Positions 58,898 to 64,000 of a stretch of DNA of 64,000 nucleotides are shown here, one piece after another. The position numbers and the translations under genes are program-made. Origin of the DNA: Bacillota bacterium (GTDB lineage: Bacteria > Bacillota > Limnochordia > Darwinibacteriales > Darwinibacteriaceae); NCBI GenBank assembly GCA_012518735.1, contig JAAYRO010000060.1, positions 23,312-87,311 of the forward strand, read 5' to 3'. The notes under the pieces are model-generated. The model had not been told where the DNA came from. It saw nothing but the letters and a program-made list of their open reading frames with translations, and did not search any database. Numbering within the stretch: the first letter of the stretch is position 1; each line of letters opens with the position of its first letter.

Positions 58898-60713
58898 TTT
58901 TCCCTTCCCTGATGGAGAGAACAATAGCACTCCGAACCCTGTAGTAATCTCTCAAAAGTCGATAAAGTTCCATATGAATATCAAAACCTTTTCTTTCATT
59001 CTCCAAGGAAGAAAGTTTTTCCTCTATTTTTTCCAACCTTCGTCTCCATAAAACTATACGAAACGAACTCAAATATTCCTCCCACTTACCATTAGGTTCA
59101 CCTAAATTACATAAGTTCTCCGCTGTTGATGCTCCCTGAGCATCTGATCGATTCTGAATCATTAATGAAAAAAGGTGCCGGTACTCTCTTACCTCAAAAT
59201 CTTCGACAGAAATCCCTTCTTCCATCAATTCTTCCATCAATCCTGGCTCGTGCAATAACCACCGCAGAATTTCCCTTTCAACCAATTCGTCTCCTGAAGG
59301 TAGAGTGCTCTGTCGAGCACCCTGTAAAGTACTTGTGGGAAGATTGCTATTATTATGCCTGTTTTTGCCTCTGATATGTGGAGGTAATCCACTACCAAGG
59401 GGTTTTGCAACGCTGTGCAGCACATCACTCCGCAGCGCTTGTTCAGAGACACGGAGCTGTTGAGCTGCATAACGAATATATTCATCTCTGGCAACTGCAT
59501 TTTCAAGTTGAGAGAGTATACTAACAAGTTCTTGAGAAGCACTCAACTTTCCTTCCGTAGTCTGAATATCATATTTGGAAATTGTTTTATTTATCTGATA
59601 CTCCATTAACGGCTGGGCTGAACTGAGCCACTGCTGGACCTCATCTGCACTGTGAGTCCTAGCAAAACTATCTGGGTCTTGGCCATCCCCCAACTCAGCC
59701 ACCCGTACCTGCATCCCATGATCGCGCAGTATTTCTAATCCTCGTAAGGTTCCTTTCTCTCCAGCAGCATCGCCATCAAAAGCAATTACAGCGTTATTTG
59801 TGAATCTCATGAGGAGACGTGCATGGTGCTCTGTAAAAGCAGTCCCTAGTGAGGCTACCGTATTCTTTTGACCTTTTGCAGAAAGGGCAATGCAGTCAGT
59901 ATATCCTTCAACAATAATTACCCGGTCCTTCTCCTTAATTGATTCTTTTGACCAATTCAAACCATAAATGATTGAACCTTTATGAAATAAAAGAGTCTCT
60001 GGTGTGTTGAGATACTTTGGCTGATTGTCTCCAACAATTCGTCCTCCAAAGCCAACAAAACGTCCTAAGTGATCACATATAGGAAAAATAATGCGGTTGC
60101 GAAACCGATCTACATAACCACGACGACCCTGATAAATCAAACCAGCTTCTTCCGCGTCCTGCAAATTGATCCCTCTTGACTCAAGAAACCGACAGATCTC
60201 ATTCCAGCCCTCCCCAGCGTATCCCAGGAAAAACTCTCGAGCTAAGGCTTTGTCAATGCTGCGACCTTTCAGATACTCCCGAGCAGTCTTACCGAATGAA
60301 CCCCGGAGATTTCGGTAATAATATTGCGCGGCTAAATGGTTAATCTTACGCAAACGATCCTTCTTTTCCTCTATTTTCTGCTGCTGAGGAGATAATGAGG
60401 GGACGGGAATTCCAGATTTGCGCGCAAGATAGACGAGGGCCTCAGGAAATGAAAGATTCTCGCTTCGCATAATAAAATTAATGACATTACCACCTGTCCC
60501 GCAGCCAAAGCAGTAAAAAAACTGTTTTTCTTGGTTTACCGTAAAGGAAGGTGTCTTCTCGTCGTGGAACGGGCATAAACCAACATAGTTTCTGCCTGAG
60601 GGTTTTAGGTCCACTCGCTTTTCAATCACACTCACAATATCAACGGAGGACTTAACACGCTCAATCCATTCATCAGAAAACCGTGCTATTGCACTCACTC
60701 CCCTATTATCCAT
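58890..60713 (-). CDS. dnaG: DNA primase
   Basis: 607 aa. Zinc finger [13 protein letters not shown]...CFGCG, TOPRIM domain. Canonical dnaG-sigA arrangement. Confidence 0.9.
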   Translation of the reverse strand: MDNRGVSAIARFSDEWIERVKSSVDIVSVIEKRVDLKPSGRNYVGLCPFHDEKTPSFTVNQEKQFFYCFGCGTGGNVINFIMRSENLSFPEALVYLARKSGIPVPSLSPQQQKIEEKKDRLRKINHLAAQYYYRNLRGSFGKTAREYLKGRSIDKALAREFFLGYAGEGWNEICRFLESRGINLQDAEEAGLIYQGRRGYVDRFRNRIIFPICDHLGRFVGFGGRIVGDNQPKYLNTPETLLFHKGSIIYGLNWSKESIKEKDRVIIVEGYTDCIALSAKGQKNTVASLGTAFTEHHARLLMRFTNNAVIAFDGDAAGEKGTLRGLEILRDHGMQVRVAELGDGQDPDSFARTHSADEVQQWLSSAQPLMEYQINKTISKYDIQTTEGKLSASQELVSILSQLENAVARDEYIRYAAQQLRVSEQALRSDVLHSVAKPLGSGLPPHIRGKNRHNNSNLPTSTLQGARQSTLPSGDELVEREILRWLLHEPGLMEELMEEGISVEDFEVREYRHLFSLMIQNRSDAQGASTAENLCNLGEPNGKWEEYLSSFRIVLWRRRLEKIEEKLSSLENERKGFDIHMELYRLLRDYYRVRSAIVLSIREGKNE

Positions 60714-61713
60714 TCCAACTTGATGGAAGAAACAATCTCTGAAACTCTGCGATTGCGAAACGGTCGCTCATCCCTGCGATATAGTCAGCCACTTCCCGCT
60801 TCAGGAACAAGTCATCAATTTCATAACCTACCCGGGTCTCTAATTCGCTCTTATTGTTCAAGAAATACTGGAAAAACAAACTCATAATCCGATAAACTTT
60901 TGCCTCTTCTTGTTTTGCAACCGAATCGATGTACACATGCTCAAAGAGAAACCGCCGGAGTAAGTTAGTAGCATAGTCCACTTCATCACTCATAGTAATT
61001 GTATTCTTACCGGCACTAGAATGAATTACATCTTTGACCATGGTATCAATTCGCTCCGAACGGCTCTTCCCCAGTATGGAAACTACGTCCTGGGGCAGGT
61101 CAGACTCGTGCAGAATCCCACCACGAACCGCATCCTCCACATCATGATTGAGATACGCTATTCGATCACATAAGCGAACTACAAGCCCTTCTAGTGTACT
61201 GGGCAAACGCTCTCCTGTATGATTGAGTATTCCATCTCGAACTTCTGCAGTCAGATTCAACCCTCGATAGGCAGGACTGTGGTTTTCAAGAAGATCGACA
61301 ACACGTAGACTCTGCTCGTTATGGCGAAAACTGCCCAACAAACGTTCAAGGGCAGACTCACCTGCATGTCCAAACGGAGTATGCCCAAGATCATGCCCCA
61401 AGGCAATCGCTTCGGTCAAGTCCTCGTTAAGTCGGAGGGCCCGAGCAACTGTCCGGCTGATTTGAGCCACTTCTAAGACATGGGTAAGACGTGTCCGATA
61501 ATGATCACCCTGTGGAGCAATAAACACCTGCGTTTTCGATTTAAGTCGTCGAAATGCTTTTGAGTGAATAATCCGATCGCGATCACGCTGATAAGGGGTA
61601 CGAATTTCACATTCTTCTTCTGGATAGAGGCGCCCTTCTGATTCAGCTGTACGCATAGCAAAAGGCGACAAGTAACGTTCTTCCCACTCTAACGTCGTGT
61701 CCCATATCCGCAT
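60706..61713 (-). CDS. dGTP triphosphohydrolase-like HD-domain protein
   Basis: HD motif ...RLTHVLEVAQ...GHDLGHTPFGH... Start at MRIWDTTLEW so the gene lies downstream of the ppdK terminator. Confidence 0.8.
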   Translation of the reverse strand: MRIWDTTLEWEERYLSPFAMRTAESEGRLYPEEECEIRTPYQRDRDRIIHSKAFRRLKSKTQVFIAPQGDHYRTRLTHVLEVAQISRTVARALRLNEDLTEAIALGHDLGHTPFGHAGESALERLLGSFRHNEQSLRVVDLLENHSPAYRGLNLTAEVRDGILNHTGERLPSTLEGLVVRLCDRIAYLNHDVEDAVRGGILHESDLPQDVVSILGKSRSERIDTMVKDVIHSSAGKNTITMSDEVDYATNLLRRFLFEHVYIDSVAKQEEAKVYRIMSLFFQYFLNNKSELETRVGYEIDDLFLKREVADYIAGMSDRFAIAEFQRLFLPSSWNG

Positions 61714-61732
61714 GAAACGATCCCCTCCAATC

Positions 61733-61767
61733 AAAAAAGAAACCCACACTATGTCTAGTATGGGTTC
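61733..61767 (-). terminator. Rho-independent terminator downstream of ppdK
   Basis: aacccacact...agtatgggtt hairpin, followed by T-run on the minus strand. A second GC-rich stem lies just upstream. Confidence 0.45.
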
Positions 61768-61815
61768 CCCAAGGGGAGGGTATTTTCCTCCTCCCCTTCA
61801 CCATTTTGTTTCGTT

Positions 61816-63999
61816 CTACCGGGGATTACGCAGATTGGCTTGAGCTGCAGCTAACCGAGCAATAGGTACCCGATAAGGTGAGCAGCTTACATAGTCGAGC
61901 CCAACACGATGGAAGAAATCAATGGATGCTGGGTCTCCACCATGTTCACCACATACACCAATTTTTAGATTGGGTTTGGTTGCTCGACCTCGTTGAACAC
62001 CCATCTCTACCAATTTACCAATTCCTTCTTGATCTAAGCTCTGGAAAGGATCTCTTCCGAGAATACCTTTGTCTACATACTCAGGTAGGAAGGTACCGGC
62101 GTCATCTCGACTAAATCCAAAACCCATTTGGGTTAAGTCGTTTGTACCGAAGGAGAAGAATTCAGCTTCCTCTGCAATAGAATCAGCAATCAAGCAGGCA
62201 CGAGGAATTTCCATCATAGTACCTACAAGGTAGCTGAACTTTACACCAGTTTCAGCCATGACTTCTTCGGCTACGTTTACACAAACTTCTTTCATCAGCT
62301 CAAGTTCTTGAACAGAACCGACAAGAGGAATCATTATCTCAGGATTTACGTCAATGCCATCGTTAATTAATTCAGCAGCAGCCTCAAAAATGGCTCGTGC
62401 CTGCATCGCGTAAATCTCTGGATAGGTAACACCTAAGCGGCACCCGCGATGGCCTAACATGGGGTTGATTTCAGCAAGCTCTTCTATGCGAGCCTTAAGC
62501 TCATCAACAGTGAGACCCATTTCTGCAGCTAGGCTCTTAATCGTGCCTTCGTCATGGGGTACAAACTCATGAAGAGGCGGATCCAGCAGACGTACAGTCA
62601 CTGGTAATCCCTTCATTGTCTTAAAGATGCCTTTGAAGTCTTCCTTTTGGTAAGGAAGGAGCTTAGCTAAGGCAGCTTCGCGACCTTCTTGGTCTTTAGC
62701 AAAAATCATTTGACGAACAGGTGTAATCCGATCGCCTTCGAAGAACATGTGCTCTGTTCGGCACAGTCCAATACCTTCGGCTCCGAAATCAAGAGCTGTC
62801 TGACTGTCATGCGGTGTATCAGCATTGGTTCGAATGCTGAGAGCGCGATACTCATCGGCCCATTCCATGAGTTTACCGAAGTTTCCAGTCATCTGTACTT
62901 CAACCATTGGAACTTGGCCAACAATAACTTCGCCAGCAGTACCGTTTAAGGTAATCCAGTCGCCTTCTTTCAACACTGTGTCGCCTACTGTCAAAGTCTT
63001 ATTAGCTTCACTGATCTTAGCAGCTCCACAGCCTGCAACACAGCATTTGCCCATACCGCGAGCAACAACAGCTGCGTGAGAGGTCATTCCACCACGGGCA
63101 GTTAAGATTCCCTCAGCAACATCCATCCCGCCAATATCTTCTGGGGAAGTCTCATTTCGAACTAGAATAACCTTTTCGCCCTTATCAGCCCATTCCTCTG
63201 CATCCTCTGCAGTAAATACGATACGGCCAGCAGCTGCACCTGGAGAAGCAGGAAGCCCTGTAGCCAGTACATCATAATCAGCATTAGGATCAATCATAGG
63301 ATGGAGAAGCTGATCGAGTTGAGCAGGGTCTACTCGTAAAACAGCAGTTTTCTTATCGATTAAGCCTTCGTCAACCATCTCTACAGCCATTCTTACAGCT
63401 GCAGTAGCAGTCCGTTTACCGCTTCTAGTTTGGAGCATATAAAGCTTGCCTTCTTGAATGGTAAACTCAATATCCTGCATATCCTTATAGTGCTGTTCTA
63501 ATTTATGATAAATCTCTTCGAGTTCAGCGTAAATCTCAGGCATTTCTTCCTTCAAGTCAGAAATGGGATGAGGTGTCCGGATACCTGCAACAACGTCTTC
63601 GCCTTGAGCATTCATTAAGTACTCACCATAGAAAACGTTCTCCCCAGTAGAAGGGTCACGAGTAAAGGCAACACCCGTTCCAGAAGTCTCACCCATATTA
63701 CCAAAGACCATGGCCTGCACGTTAACGGCAGTTCCCCATTCGCCAGGAATGTGGTTGATCTTTCGATATCGAATAGCCCGAGCAGTGTTCCAGGACAGGA
63801 ATACTGCATTAATGGCACCACGCAGCTGTTTTAAAGGATCGGTGGGGAACAATTCACCAGCAGACTCAGCCACAATATCCTTATAAGAAGCCACTACTTC
63901 CTGCAGAACCTCTGCACTAAGATCTGTATCCTGCTTAGCATTATACTTTTTCTTAAATTCCTCTAGGGTTTCTTCAAACAGAGCGTGTTCTACGCCCAT
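61816..63999 (-). CDS. ppdK: Pyruvate, phosphate dikinase, partial (N-terminus beyond window end)
   Basis: 727 aa in-window with PPDK central phospho-histidine domain ([19 protein letters not shown]) and PEP-utilising C-terminal domain. The N-terminal roughly 150 aa are expected outside the window. Confidence 0.9.
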   Translation of the reverse strand: MGVEHALFEETLEEFKKKYNAKQDTDLSAEVLQEVVASYKDIVAESAGELFPTDPLKQLRGAINAVFLSWNTARAIRYRKINHIPGEWGTAVNVQAMVFGNMGETSGTGVAFTRDPSTGENVFYGEYLMNAQGEDVVAGIRTPHPISDLKEEMPEIYAELEEIYHKLEQHYKDMQDIEFTIQEGKLYMLQTRSGKRTATAAVRMAVEMVDEGLIDKKTAVLRVDPAQLDQLLHPMIDPNADYDVLATGLPASPGAAAGRIVFTAEDAEEWADKGEKVILVRNETSPEDIGGMDVAEGILTARGGMTSHAAVVARGMGKCCVAGCGAAKISEANKTLTVGDTVLKEGDWITLNGTAGEVIVGQVPMVEVQMTGNFGKLMEWADEYRALSIRTNADTPHDSQTALDFGAEGIGLCRTEHMFFEGDRITPVRQMIFAKDQEGREAALAKLLPYQKEDFKGIFKTMKGLPVTVRLLDPPLHEFVPHDEGTIKSLAAEMGLTVDELKARIEELAEINPMLGHRGCRLGVTYPEIYAMQARAIFEAAAELINDGIDVNPEIMIPLVGSVQELELMKEVCVNVAEEVMAETGVKFSYLVGTMMEIPRACLIADSIAEEAEFFSFGTNDLTQMGFGFSRDDAGTFLPEYVDKGILGRDPFQSLDQEGIGKLVEMGVQRGRATKPNLKIGVCGEHGGDPASIDFFHRVGLDYVSCSPYRVPIARLAAAQANLRNPR

Positions 64000-64000
64000 T

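Overview
This 64-kb window is a gene-dense, almost entirely minus-strand core chromosomal region. The gene content points to an endospore-forming Firmicute; the type A RNase P RNA and the overall gene order look Clostridia- or Peptococcaceae-like.

Features, listed from low to high coordinates:
- A partial M50 site-2 protease.
- A CoA-enzyme activase followed by two tandem paralogous activase-partner (DUF2229-like) genes.
- An orphan GerA-family gene, a YvlD-like 4-TM protein, dodecin and an M19 dipeptidase.
- spoVS, ymdB, an unknown gene and rny.
- recX and recA (with a LexA/Cheo-like box), a membrane metallophosphoesterase and cinA.
- A block of membrane or unknown genes: an FN3 lipoprotein, DUF212, DUF441 and a short FtsH-like protease with a small membrane partner.
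- pgsA and rimO.
- atpZ-atpI-atpB-atpE-atpF-atpH only; no F1 genes follow.
- An Opp-type substrate-binding protein plus two permeases, with no ATPase genes.
- An SNF2-helicase/YqhG-like pair.
- murC, a spoIIP-like gene, a UPF0182 membrane protein, hslO, a RodZ-like HTH protein and ftsK/spoIIIE.
- pgeF, nrdR, ylmC and spoIIR.
- sigG on the minus strand, with spoIIGA-sigE on the plus strand (locally inverted).
- ftsZ and a rearranged dcw cluster: ftsQ, murA, ftsW/spoVE, mraY, murF, murE, a class B PBP, ftsL, rsmH and mraZ. ftsA, murD, murG, murB and ddl are absent from the cluster.
- A type A RNase P RNA with its own promoter and terminator.
- A Nif3-family gene and a tRNA(CAU) driven by a perfect consensus sigma-A promoter.
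- sigA, dnaG, a dGTPase-like HD protein and a partial ppdK.

I found no mobile elements, CRISPR arrays or obvious defence islands. The most notable candidates for uncharacterised systems are the split activase/DUF2229 trio, the short-FtsH/partner pair in an inserted membrane-gene block, the unknown gene wedged inside the rny-ymdB operon, and the coupled SNF2/YqhG-like pair. All protein calls rest on motif and family recognition by eye from the translated ORFs. No database search was run.
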